DNA of 64,000 nucleotides from a virus (Duplodnaviria > Caudoviricetes). Both the position numbers and the translations under genes were made by a program. The notes beneath the pieces were generated by a model that was not told the origin of the DNA, did not search any database, and saw nothing but the letters and a program-made list of their open reading frames with translations. The DNA lies in IMG/VR virus record IMGVR_UViG_3300024246_000005, positions 4,398-68,397 of that record. One strand, written 5' to 3'. Shown here piece by piece: positions 16,834 through 26,900 of the stretch. Numbering within the stretch: the first letter of the stretch is position 1; each line of letters opens with the position of its first letter.

Positions 16834-18168
16834 ATGGCTCCTCTATTAGAGGCCGCAGTACAAGGCGTTGAAATCGAAGCATTTGCGAAGGGCATCCCGA
16901 ATTACGTTTTCAAAGGTCGGACGCTTTACAACTTCTTCAAGAAGGGTGCAAAGACCTACCCGACCGCAGTTACCACGGCCGCCGGCGGCACCAGCCGTCC
17001 CGCGTTCCGTATTCCGATCCGCATCCAGTCTGGCGCGGCAATCTTCCAGGCAACCGGCGACGGCGATTCCCTGAATCGCGGCACTGGTTCTCTGTGGGTT
17101 TCCGGCGATCAGACCGTAGTCGGAACCTTTGCCGGGAACGAAATCACCTATCTGGCCCGAATTGCGACACAAGGTCCGAAGCGTGGTCTCATCTCGCTCA
17201 AAGCGGAAGAACTGAAAAACTCCTTCGATTCGTACATGCAGGGGTTGGATTCTCAGTTCCTCTCCGACGGCAGCGGCGCGGTCCTGCAAATCCCATCCAC
17301 AGCCACGGTCAACAACACCACTGGCACCGGCAACTCCACGTCCTCGATCGTTGGTCTTGGCGGACAGGCCAACCAGCTTCAGGAACAGCAAGTCGTGCAG
17401 TTCTTCGCGGCTGAAGGCGGCTCGGCCCGTTCCGGCACTGCAACGGTCTCCTACGTTGACGGCGCCGCGGACACCGTGTACTTCTCGACCGCGTTGCCAG
17501 CAGGCACGGCAGCCGGCGACTTCATCATGATTCAGGGGTCTTCGGGCGCTCTGAACTCCGGCATCACTGGTATCTACACGTACCAGGTGGCCGCGACGAC
17601 CGGAACCGTGCTGAACCTGTCCCGCGCAACCTATCCGGGGCAGTTGTCCACTCCGACCATCAACAAGGGCGGCTTCGCAATCAACACTACCGATCCCTAC
17701 AAGGTGCAGATTCTCATCCGCCGCGGTTTGGGTGATGACAACGAGCACGCCAAGAACTTCCAGTTCGTCTGCAATGCCGACCAGGAACTTGCGGTTGCGC
17801 AGCTCTACACCAACGTTCTTTCCCAAAACCAGAAACCGTCCGGTGACAAGGCTCTCGACATGACGATGGAATACATGCCGACGACCTACGGCGGCCGGCC
17901 GCTGCACGTCAGTTACAAGGCGAAGCAGGGACGGCTGGACGCGGTTTGCCCGGAAACCTGGGGAATCTGCGAAACCGTCGAGCCAAGCCTGTACGACTTC
18001 GGCGACGGCGTTACCACCATGCCAGTTCCGGCCAACGATGGAACCGGGAACACCACCTACAAGACCAGTTCCATTTTTTACTACCACTCATTTTTGAATT
18101 TATTTAATACAAATATGAAAGCCGGTGCAGTGCTCAGCAGCTGCGCGGTTCCAAGCGTAACTTCGTAG
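16834..18168 (+). CDS. Major capsid protein (P22 coat-like, HK97 fold)
   Basis: 444 aa after portal and scaffold; strong C/G-ending codon bias typical of a highly expressed gene; own promoter. Confidence 0.8.
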   Translation: MAPLLEAAVQGVEIEAFAKGIPNYVFKGRTLYNFFKKGAKTYPTAVTTAAGGTSRPAFRIPIRIQSGAAIFQATGDGDSLNRGTGSLWVSGDQTVVGTFAGNEITYLARIATQGPKRGLISLKAEELKNSFDSYMQGLDSQFLSDGSGAVLQIPSTATVNNTTGTGNSTSSIVGLGGQANQLQEQQVVQFFAAEGGSARSGTATVSYVDGAADTVYFSTALPAGTAAGDFIMIQGSSGALNSGITGIYTYQVAATTGTVLNLSRATYPGQLSTPTINKGGFAINTTDPYKVQILIRRGLGDDNEHAKNFQFVCNADQELAVAQLYTNVLSQNQKPSGDKALDMTMEYMPTTYGGRPLHVSYKAKQGRLDAVCPETWGICETVEPSLYDFGDGVTTMPVPANDGTGNTTYKTSSIFYYHSFLNLFNTNMKAGAVLSSCAVPSVTS

Positions 18169-18207
18169 TACAATAACTTCGCCGTCGCCTAATTAACGAC
18201 GGAAACG

Positions 18208-18885
18208 GTGGGGGAGAGATGCCTTGAACATTTCTCCCTTGCCACTCTTTCAAGGGGAGTGAAAATGGGAACTCGGGAATACCATCGCGCTTATTACCAA
18301 AAGAACAAAGAGAAATTGCAAGAACGGAGTCGAGCGTATTACAGAGAAAACTCTGAGGCTGCATTAGAGTTAGGCAGGCTACGGAGCGCAAAGCGCAGTC
18401 CAGATCAAATTGAAAAAGACAAACAGAAGTACCGCATCTGGTATGAGAAAAACAAAGAAAAACTTGCTGCTCGATCAAAGGAACGATATGCAAATGACCC
18501 CGAGCCAATCAAGAGAAGGGTTAAGTTTTACAAAAGAAATGTGCCGTCCGACAAAGCTGCGAAAATCGGACGTGCTAACGTCTTGCGGCAGTTCCACACC
18601 ACAGAAGAGTGGTATCTGGCAAAACTCGAATCTCAAGAGAACCACTGCGCACTTTGCGAACGTGTCCGCGAAGAAAACGGAAACCGTCTCGGGATCGACC
18701 ACGACCATTCCTGCTGCAAGAAATATGGTTCGTGCGGGAAATGCTTGCGCGGAGTTCTTTGCCGCCGATGCAACGTTCTTGTGGGCAACTTAGAAGTTTT
18801 GATTTCTCTTGGGTTGGTATTGGGCGAGTGTTCGGGTTGGGTTAAAAAGGCACTTGAGTATCTCGGGAAATATCGGGGGAATTAA
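18208..18885 (+). CDS. Endonuclease VII-like HNH endonuclease
   Basis: CALCE...LGIDHDHSCC...CGKCLRGVLCRRCNVLVG, with basic YxKNKEKL repeats. Confidence 0.85.
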   Translation: MGERCLEHFSLATLSRGVKMGTREYHRAYYQKNKEKLQERSRAYYRENSEAALELGRLRSAKRSPDQIEKDKQKYRIWYEKNKEKLAARSKERYANDPEPIKRRVKFYKRNVPSDKAAKIGRANVLRQFHTTEEWYLAKLESQENHCALCERVREENGNRLGIDHDHSCCKKYGSCGKCLRGVLCRRCNVLVGNLEVLISLGLVLGECSGWVKKALEYLGKYRGN

Positions 18886-18886
18886 A

Positions 18887-19222
18887 ATGGCCACGCCAGC
18901 ACTTGCAAGAAAGATGGTTATTCGTCCGCGCGACAAGTGGGTAATTATCCGAAAGTTCATCCGCGGCGAAGAAATTCGGGACGGCATCATCATCCCGGAA
19001 ACGAAAGACGACCGTTCCCAGCGCGGCGAAGTGGTAGCACTCTCACGGTGCGCGGGACGCACGGCAGACGGAATCGAAATTCCCTGGGACATCAAAGTGG
19101 GTGATGAAGTGATCTTCACCAACTACCCGATGGACATCCCAGCAGTAGAAGAGTTGACCGGAGAACCAAACCTGGTGCTGGTACAGGCCGATGAAGGCTT
19201 CGGAGTTGCAGAAGCAGCATGA
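18887..19222 (+). CDS. groES: Co-chaperonin GroES (Cpn10) homolog
   Basis: IRPRDKWVIIRK...DGIIIPET...QRGEVVALS...DIKVGDEVIF; ATG at 18887. Confidence 0.85.
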   Translation: MATPALARKMVIRPRDKWVIIRKFIRGEEIRDGIIIPETKDDRSQRGEVVALSRCAGRTADGIEIPWDIKVGDEVIFTNYPMDIPAVEELTGEPNLVLVQADEGFGVAEAA

Positions 19223-20025
19223 AGGCCGAACGCCACGAAAGGCGCCAATGTCCGCCAGAGTTTCAAGACCGCTTGACTCGGATGTTTGGCCGCAACCAGT
19301 TTGGCGAACCCAATTTCAAAATCGTTTGGGGGCAGTCCGAATTTCTCCGCATGGGGGACATCTGGCGGGATCGATTCGGAAACGAGCGACGTGCCTATCG
19401 GGATATTTACCAGTGCCACGGCACCCCTTGCTGGGTAATCATGCGTTGGAAGCAGCCAGAGCACTACGGCTCTCCCGCCACGTACTACGAAACCACTTGG
19501 GACGCGTTCAGCAAAATGCACTTTTTGGGCGAGTATCCGTGGCGCGGCCGCTACGAAATTGTCCAACCGCTGTACCACCAGGAAATTACGCCGGGGCGCA
19601 AGGTTCGGGAATGGGTTCCAATGCTGAACCCGCATACCGGGATTATCGAGAAAGTGGACTGCTGGAAGACCGTAGACCAAAAAATCATCATTCACCACAT
19701 GCCGCTGTCCCATGTTTTGATCGACACCATTATTCCGCTGATTGCCAAAGTGCAGGCGCTTTCGCAGGACGAACTGAAAGCGATTCACCAGGCGAACAAA
19801 CTGGCGCAGCACAAAAAGGATGTCGCAGAAATGGCGGAAGTGATGGCCGAGAACATGCCGAGTTACTTCGGTCCGGTCTCATATTCGCGGCAGGGTGTTC
19901 GTACATCGTTACTTGACCGCAAGATGGAACAGATTGAAAAGGTTTGGAAACGGGAACTGAAGAACGGAAGGCGTTTCACAAAGGGATTCCAGACGGGCAA
20001 TCGGGTACTTTCGGTAGCTCGCTGA
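19219..20025 (+). CDS. Hypothetical protein of the head region
   Basis: 268-aa ORF with ATGA overlap. Confidence 0.7.
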   Translation: MKAERHERRQCPPEFQDRLTRMFGRNQFGEPNFKIVWGQSEFLRMGDIWRDRFGNERRAYRDIYQCHGTPCWVIMRWKQPEHYGSPATYYETTWDAFSKMHFLGEYPWRGRYEIVQPLYHQEITPGRKVREWVPMLNPHTGIIEKVDCWKTVDQKIIIHHMPLSHVLIDTIIPLIAKVQALSQDELKAIHQANKLAQHKKDVAEMAEVMAENMPSYFGPVSYSRQGVRTSLLDRKMEQIEKVWKRELKNGRRFTKGFQTGNRVLSVAR

Positions 20026-20054
20026 GAAAATTAAAAATCGGGAGGAAGTAGATT

Positions 20055-20912
20055 ATGGGTACGTCTGCATTTCCAGTAACCGGAGCACCGCCAACCGCGC
20101 GACTCGATAAGGCGCGGCAGATTGAGAACGGCGGCCCTGGTGGTGAAGGGCTAGGAGAAACCAAACTTCAGACCCAAGACAACACGCAACTCAAGCCGCC
20201 GATCTATATCTACAATATTTGCGCGCTGCCTCACGTCCGCAATCAACCGCCAGAGTTTCCGATGTTCACGATCGAGCCGTGCGAAAAAGGAAAGAAGTTT
20301 TCCGTCAAACCGTTTCCGGGACTGGTCAACGAGCGCTACGTCAAGCCGGGAACGTCGGAGTATCACTACAAACAGGTGGACGGCCGGAAGTACGCCACCA
20401 GCCTGTTGAACCCGAGTCACTTTCCCGGAACCGATTGGCGCACGCAGCTTAACGACCGCATCACCGGCCAGGAAGACATGAGCGGTATGGACATGAACGC
20501 TTTCGGCGTGTTCTGGTCCGAACTTACGCCGGATGATCCCGCACTCAATGAGCAGATCGCACTGTTCAGGAAACGCGCAGACCGCACGATGGAAGCTCTG
20601 GTGGCCGAAGGAAACAAGTACCACGCGGAAGGGCGTCCGGGCGTAATCAGCGGACTAATGCACTTTGCGATGGACTACTTCGGACTTTCCGCACCGTGGC
20701 ACATGAGCCACCGTCACAAGACCGAGTGCCTCAACTGCGGCGACTTGGTTCTGGAAGGAATCGCGTACCACCGCAATTCCAGCGGAGACATTTGCATTAT
20801 CGACCGCGAACGGTATGAGGCATCCGTCATCACTGCGAAGCAGCAGAAAGAGACAGGCGCCGAGCCGAAGCAAGCTGCGGAGAGAAAGCCGCGCACAAAG
20901 GCCGCCGGCTAA
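20055..20912 (+). CDS. Hypothetical protein of the head region
   Basis: 285 aa; GGAGG RBS; CxxC near the C-terminus. Confidence 0.7.
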   Translation: MGTSAFPVTGAPPTARLDKARQIENGGPGGEGLGETKLQTQDNTQLKPPIYIYNICALPHVRNQPPEFPMFTIEPCEKGKKFSVKPFPGLVNERYVKPGTSEYHYKQVDGRKYATSLLNPSHFPGTDWRTQLNDRITGQEDMSGMDMNAFGVFWSELTPDDPALNEQIALFRKRADRTMEALVAEGNKYHAEGRPGVISGLMHFAMDYFGLSAPWHMSHRHKTECLNCGDLVLEGIAYHRNSSGDICIIDRERYEASVITAKQQKETGAEPKQAAERKPRTKAAG

Positions 20913-21009
20913 ACGATCTTTCTTGGGGGGCACTCTCTACACCCGCGGTCAACCCGATTCCGTGGCTGACGGTGCCCCTCAAGTAAGTTTTTGAAAGTGA
21001 AAGGCATGG

Positions 21010-21831
21010 ATGTCGCCAAGTTTCCAACAGAACGGATTCCCAACGATGGGTTCGATTGCGAACCTGGCGCGGTCGGTCGTGAACGACACGTTTACTGGCG
21101 TCAACGGCCAGCAAGGGCGAATCTTCACCAACGATGCTCCGTTCATGCTGCCGTATTTCAATTCCGCATTTCGCACGCTGCAACGCAAGCTCCGCAATGA
21201 AGGCGTCACGTTTCCGATCAAGGACAATGTAATCCTGACGAACATGACGCCAGTGGTGGAAGTCAACAACGCCGTGCAGGTGTACGTGGGGTACGACGGA
21301 TATTTTGACGGCACCACAATGCACGCAACTCCGAAACTGCCAAGCGACCTTCTACAGCCGTACTTGGTGCAAGAGCAGACTATCGGTAGTGGATTCCCAT
21401 TTACACCAATGGCCCAGCCAGAAGAAGGACTCCCCTCGGCGATTCAGGGGCCGATGCTGAAAATGTGGGAGTGGCGCAACTACAAAATCTACATGATTGG
21501 ATCGACGCAGGCGAAGAACTTGCGGTTGCGGTATCAGTCTGGCCAGCCTCCGCTTGACGTTCCGGCCGCCGACTTCGATACCACAGCGGTAGGGATTATC
21601 GACTGCGAAGACGCGATGGCGTTTTTGATGGTTGGATTGTACGGCGCATCCCGCGGCGCGAATCCACAAGTGCTCTTGGGGCTAGAACAGAAAGCCGACG
21701 CAGCAATTTCGGACATGGCTTTGGAATACGTTCGCCGCTCTCAAACGGTCACGTATCGCCGTACAGCCTACGGTGAAGGCGGTTCCAATGACGGTGGCAA
21801 CACCAATTTGGGACAGGCAGGGCAGGGATAA
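21010..21831 (+). CDS. Head-tail adaptor / tail tubular protein A-like
   Basis: 273 aa; MGSIANLARSVVND start and position before the tail genes. Confidence 0.55.
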   Translation: MSPSFQQNGFPTMGSIANLARSVVNDTFTGVNGQQGRIFTNDAPFMLPYFNSAFRTLQRKLRNEGVTFPIKDNVILTNMTPVVEVNNAVQVYVGYDGYFDGTTMHATPKLPSDLLQPYLVQEQTIGSGFPFTPMAQPEEGLPSAIQGPMLKMWEWRNYKIYMIGSTQAKNLRLRYQSGQPPLDVPAADFDTTAVGIIDCEDAMAFLMVGLYGASRGANPQVLLGLEQKADAAISDMALEYVRRSQTVTYRRTAYGEGGSNDGGNTNLGQAGQG

Positions 21832-22826
21832 TGTCCTTCTTCCGCTATGACGGGGTAGTGCGCAACGCGCCAGGGGAAGCGATTCCGGGCGCTTACGTGT
21901 ACGTCTGCAACCAGCCGGCGACCACCAGTGCCATTCCGCCAAGTCCGCTTGCCAACATCTATTCCGATTCAAGCGGAACAGTGCTGGCGAATCCCGTCAT
22001 TGTTGATGGCAACGGTAACTTTTCGTTCTACGCATCGCCCGGACTTTTTACACTTGTCTTCTTCGATCCATTCGATCGTATCCCGACCACGGTATTTCTT
22101 GACCAAACTGTTGCGAGTCCGGGAGCTGGAACAGTAAGCAGTGTCGCGGAGACGGTTCCGACGGAGTTTGCCATCGCCGGTTCGCCGATTACGACTTCGG
22201 GAACGCTGGCGATTACCAAAGTCAATCAGAACGCGAACTCGGTATGGGCTGGACCTGTTTCAGGACCGGCCGCGCAGCCAACGTTTCGTGCATTGGTCTC
22301 TGCTGACCTTCCCGCCGGCGTGGGGAGTGTTACCAGCGTCGCGCTGACTTTCACGCCATCGGCACTGTTCACGTCGAGCGTTGGCGGAAGTCCAATCACC
22401 AGTTCCGGGACTCTTGCGGTAACTCTTGGGCTGGCGAACCAGGCCGCAAATAAATTCCTTGCCGGTCCTGCATCGGGCGGCACTGGCGCGGTCACTGCGC
22501 GCCTAATGGTTCCCGCTGACTTGCCGGGACAGGTTACTACGACATTCTCAGCGACACCGACATTCGATGCCAGCGCGGGAAATGGTTTCAAAATGACGCT
22601 AACTGGAAACGTGACTTCCAGCAGTGTCACCAACCCAACGGCGGCGCAGACCATCACGTTTGTTATCACGCAAGATTCGACAGGTGGCCGCACGTTTGTA
22701 TGGCCAACGAATTTCAAGGGAGCAAGCGCAATCGCCCCTGACGCTAATTTGGTGAGTGTTCAGTCGTTTTATTATGACGGAAGTTTTTGGCGCGCCACTG
22801 GTCCAGGAATGACTATGGTGTCGTAA
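21831..22826 (+). CDS. Tail fibre/spike-like protein
   Basis: LANPVIVDGNGNFSF attachment-type motif; two G(T/S)V(S/T)SV...GSPIT(T/S)SGTL repeats. Confidence 0.6.
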   Translation: MSFFRYDGVVRNAPGEAIPGAYVYVCNQPATTSAIPPSPLANIYSDSSGTVLANPVIVDGNGNFSFYASPGLFTLVFFDPFDRIPTTVFLDQTVASPGAGTVSSVAETVPTEFAIAGSPITTSGTLAITKVNQNANSVWAGPVSGPAAQPTFRALVSADLPAGVGSVTSVALTFTPSALFTSSVGGSPITSSGTLAVTLGLANQAANKFLAGPASGGTGAVTARLMVPADLPGQVTTTFSATPTFDASAGNGFKMTLTGNVTSSSVTNPTAAQTITFVITQDSTGGRTFVWPTNFKGASAIAPDANLVSVQSFYYDGSFWRATGPGMTMVS

Positions 22827-22827
22827 A

Positions 22828-23388
22828 ATGATGCCCATGAATATCTACTTGGTGGTGAATAAAATCAACGGTAAGAAGTACGTCGGACAAACAATCCAGA
22901 CCTATCGCCATCGGTGGACAGACCATTTGGCAGAATCCAAAAGAGGAAAGGGCTACCTGTTAGGAAGTGCAATTAGGAAATATGGAGCATCAAATTTTGA
23001 CGTTACAGTTATCGGAAAAGCCGAAAGCAAGGAACAACTGGATGCTCTGGAAATTTCTTTGATACAAGAACACAACGCTTTGTATCCACAAGGCTACAAC
23101 TTGGAGCTTGGTGGCTCCGCGCCCATGCACTCTGCTGAGACGCGGGCCAAAATGAGTAGAGCCCTCAAAGGAAAGAAAAGGACTGACCAGCACAAACGAA
23201 ATTACTCGTTAGCATCGACTGGACGTATCTTTTCAGAAGAGGCGAAAGCGAACATGCGGAAAGCATGGATTCACAGGAAATCGCGGCCTCTTCCGGAGCT
23301 AACAAGACTGAGATTGCGGCGCGCTTATGACTGGAAGAAAGAAGTTTTTAGGCGATGGAAAACTTCCGGTCAATTAGTTCCCGCATAG
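22828..23388 (+). CDS. GIY-YIG homing endonuclease with NUMOD3 motifs
   Basis: NIYLVVNKINGKKYVGQT...GYN...HSAETRAKMS. Confidence 0.9.
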   Translation: MMPMNIYLVVNKINGKKYVGQTIQTYRHRWTDHLAESKRGKGYLLGSAIRKYGASNFDVTVIGKAESKEQLDALEISLIQEHNALYPQGYNLELGGSAPMHSAETRAKMSRALKGKKRTDQHKRNYSLASTGRIFSEEAKANMRKAWIHRKSRPLPELTRLRLRRAYDWKKEVFRRWKTSGQLVPA

Positions 23389-23463
23389 CAGGCCACGTGA
23401 GCCTTAACACGGTTGCAAACAAAGAAAAGGCCAGCGTTCGGGGGCTGAGTTGGAGAAAATAAA

Positions 23464-23847
23464 ATGGCACTAGCAACGCTTTCAGTAGCAGGTGGCGCAG
23501 TACAGACCAACGACCAGCGTATTCAGCGTTTCTATGGAACGTTGACGTTGAGCGCTCGGACTGACACTTATCCGGCAGGCGGATTGACTCTCGATTCCGT
23601 ACTGGCTGCGGCACTCCCGGTCACTTCCAATTCCGCAATGGTTTCCTTTCGGGCGACTGGCGCCGGTGCTGGCTACATCTATCAGCGCATCCCGTCCAAC
23701 GGGAAACTGATGATCTTGCAGGTTCCACCGTCCGGCTCTCTCACCACGGCGGCGCCGTTGCAAGAATTGTCCTCGGCTGCGAACTCGCTATCCGGTGTTT
23801 TCGCCGACACGATTTCGTTCGTCGCGGAATATCTGCGGAACGCATAG
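23464..23847 (+). CDS. Small virion protein (putative)
   Basis: 127 aa; GTLTLSARTDTYPAGG. Confidence 0.55.
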   Translation: MALATLSVAGGAVQTNDQRIQRFYGTLTLSARTDTYPAGGLTLDSVLAAALPVTSNSAMVSFRATGAGAGYIYQRIPSNGKLMILQVPPSGSLTTAAPLQELSSAANSLSGVFADTISFVAEYLRNA

Positions 23848-23865
23848 TAAATCCAAAGAAGGAGG

Positions 23866-23904
23866 ACGGAACTAGGCGAGTGATGCCGCTTAGTTCCGTT
23901 TTTT
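23866..23904 (+). terminator. Hairpin plus T6, preceded directly by AGGAGG
   Basis: ACGGAACTAGGCG (23866-23878) pairs with CGCTTAGTTCCGT (23887-23899). Confidence 0.6.
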
Positions 23905-23908
23905 CTAT

Positions 23909-26900
23909 ACGCAGAACGCGCAAGATCCTCTCGTTCAAGTCCCACTGAATCTCTTTGGCGGTCTCTATACAGAGGCGGACCCTACCAGTCTGCCCGACGG
24001 CGCGAGTCCGCTTTCGATCAACTGCGACTATGACTTGGGTTCAGTGTTCGGCCGTCCCGGGAAAGAGAGTGTGTTCAGTTACGCCGGTTCGTCCTACATT
24101 CTCAATCCAGCTTTCACTCAATCAGTAGGAAGTGGCCAAGCCTGGTCGGGTGGCAGCGTTACTTTGAACCAGGGCGGCGGCGGTTCAGGGGCAAGACTTC
24201 TCCAAAGTGTATTTAAGCTGGGAGAAAATGTTGATACCGATTCAGTCACTATAAACCTGAGTGCAGACAGCCTCGTCGTTATCAGTTTGTGGCATTACAA
24301 CTTGGGCGTCGTGAGCATCATCGACAGCTTCGGACTGGATTGGCACGCGATCCACCAAAGCCAGTATTTTTACCAAGCAGGTCCGGCAAACGAAGCGCTG
24401 GAAATGTTTTGCGCTTTTACCGGAAGCAATTCAGGCGAGAACCTGATCAGAATTTCAACCCTGAACAACGGGCGAGCGTTCAACGTTGCTGAATTTGCTG
24501 GCATCATTCCAGTTAGCACAGTGCCTGGTTCGGCTGGGGCGTCGAGCACCAGCACACCCACTGAAGCGCCTAGCGACATTGGCAGCGGTCCGGTAGAGAC
24601 CAACAACGACCCAAGTTTCGTCGTATCGGCGGGATATTCGGCGGCTATTTCTACACTGACTCCCGGCTTTGGTTTCACTTCATCCGGTGGTGGTCTCGTC
24701 GCCGATGTCGGAATTTTGCAGACGCAATTCTTCGTTCCGTCCTCTATCGGAAGTTATTCGCCTACATTTGGATTGGACGCCAAGAACGTATGGGCCGCAG
24801 TAACTCTAGCGTTTGGTTCCACACCTGGCGGGGGTGGTGGCAGCCCTAATTCGCAAACTCTGCAATCGCTTAATTTCGGTCCGCCGATTCCTGTAAACGT
24901 GAATCCTCTTCCGGTTCCTTCATGTGGCTGCGGATGCACGGAAGCCGACGAACTTCCGGTGTTTGGCGTGGAAGTGTTGATTACCGGAAGCCAGGACAAC
25001 AACGCCCCAGACGCGATTCTTTCGGTGCAACTGCAATTGCCGGATGGCAGTCTCTCTCCAACGATTCACACGACACAACTTCCGGCAAGCCCCGGAACCG
25101 TGGTTGTCGGGAGTCCTACCGATAATTGGGGATTGACGCTCAGTGCTTCGATTCTCAGCGACCCGAATTTCACGGTGAATATCGTTGCGACGACAACTGG
25201 CGGCGAGGTTGTAACTTTCACCGCAACGGTACAGATTCAGGTCTTCACAACGCCGAATCCGCCGCCAGACATCAATTACCTCAAGACCTTCGCGCAGACT
25301 GGCGGCGAAGTCTATTCGCTGGTGCTTGGCAGCAATGGAACGATGTACCGCGAAGATGCCATCAACAATCCGAATGTGCTCTCCGCGGTCTATTCGGCGA
25401 TCGAGCCAGACACTTTCGCGGAATCGGCCACGATTGACGATCGAGAATTTATTGCGCTGTCCAATCTTCTGAATGGGACGGACATCCCGTACACCTACGA
25501 CGGCACGAACTTTGACCGACTCTCGCAGGTTGGTCCTGGCGCGCCGCCGACGGCTTCCACGTCCACCGCGACTATCGATATCCTGAGCATCACCCAGCCG
25601 ACTGCCAAAGGCGACCCGGAAGCCCCTGGGCGGCTATCAGGGATTCTCTGGTCCAATGGTCCGGGTTCCACCGCACCCGGAAACGTGTTGACGGTCTATT
25701 ACGCTCGCGTCAGTGCGCAACCAGTGGCAGACCCCGACTTACAGCCCGGAGTTGGCGTTGAGATTGCCGGCGTGGACGTGCCAGGTCCGAATCAGGATTT
25801 CAACGGCCAGACGGTAGACGGCGATTACATTGTGGTGAGCGTCGGGCAAGGTGTTCCGCCCGGAGGGGAGTTTGAACGCTGGTTCTTTACCGTGGTCATG
25901 CCGTCCACGCAAAGTGTTAATCAGGCCGACCACGAAGAAGGCCACGGGCCTTTTGGCAGCTATCAGGTCACAACCGCCACGCTGACCGCTTCGGCTCAGG
26001 TTCCCAATTTGGAAGTGGGGAACTCTATGGCCATCTCCGGCACTGGTGGCTCCCCGCCGGCAGGATATGACGGCACATGGGTAGTACAGAAGACGCCAAA
26101 CGCGGCACAGTTGCAGATTACCAGCACGTCACTGACTGGAAACGTCGCCACTTACGGTTTCAACCTGATAAGCGGAACCAATCCGACGGTTGGACAGGCC
26201 GTGACCGTAACCGGGACGCTGAACGGTAACGGCATTTTCAACGTGACCAACGGAGTCATTTCCTCGACCTCGGCAGGCGTTTTCTCAATCAATCTGGCGG
26301 GCGCGGACGTGTCCAGCGTGGCGGAAGACGGCATCGGCGTAATCTTCGGAACGATCTTCGTCTTCGATCCGCTGAAAGTGGTAGGAAACAAAACTGGTGG
26401 CACTCTGGTCACGGTGGGAATCATCTCCGCTGGAATCCGCAAGGTCTGCTATTCGTTTCTAACCCGCAACGGGTACATGACTGCGCCATCTCCGATCCTG
26501 ACGTTTGACGTTCCGGTGGGAGCCTCGACGCTGACCATCGGGAACCTGGCATCCGGGCCGGACGATGTGATTGCGCGTGTGGTGCATTTGACGGCCGCCA
26601 ACGGTGGGAACTTCTACAACATCCCGATTCCAGTGGACGTGTTGAGCAACGGAATCACTGTCATCAATACCTCGACCTACCTGAACGACAACACTTCGCG
26701 GAGCATCAATCTGAGTTTCTCGGATGGGGTATTGCTCGCGGCCAGCGGAATCGACATTCAAGGAAACAACCTTTTCGCCACAATCGAATTGGGAAGCATC
26801 CTCGGGGTTATCGGTTATGCGTCGCGCTGCTTCGCTCTCGGCGAGCAGAATAAAGTCCCGAATCTTCTGAACTGGTCTTTTGACGGCGGGTATCTGGAAG

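Noticed and set aside
16846-18087. 413-aa antisense ORF over the capsid gene
   Set aside because: Shadow frame caused by the strong codon bias of the capsid gene; no recognisable motifs. The same applies to 34939-36180, 31920-32759 and 62957-63679.
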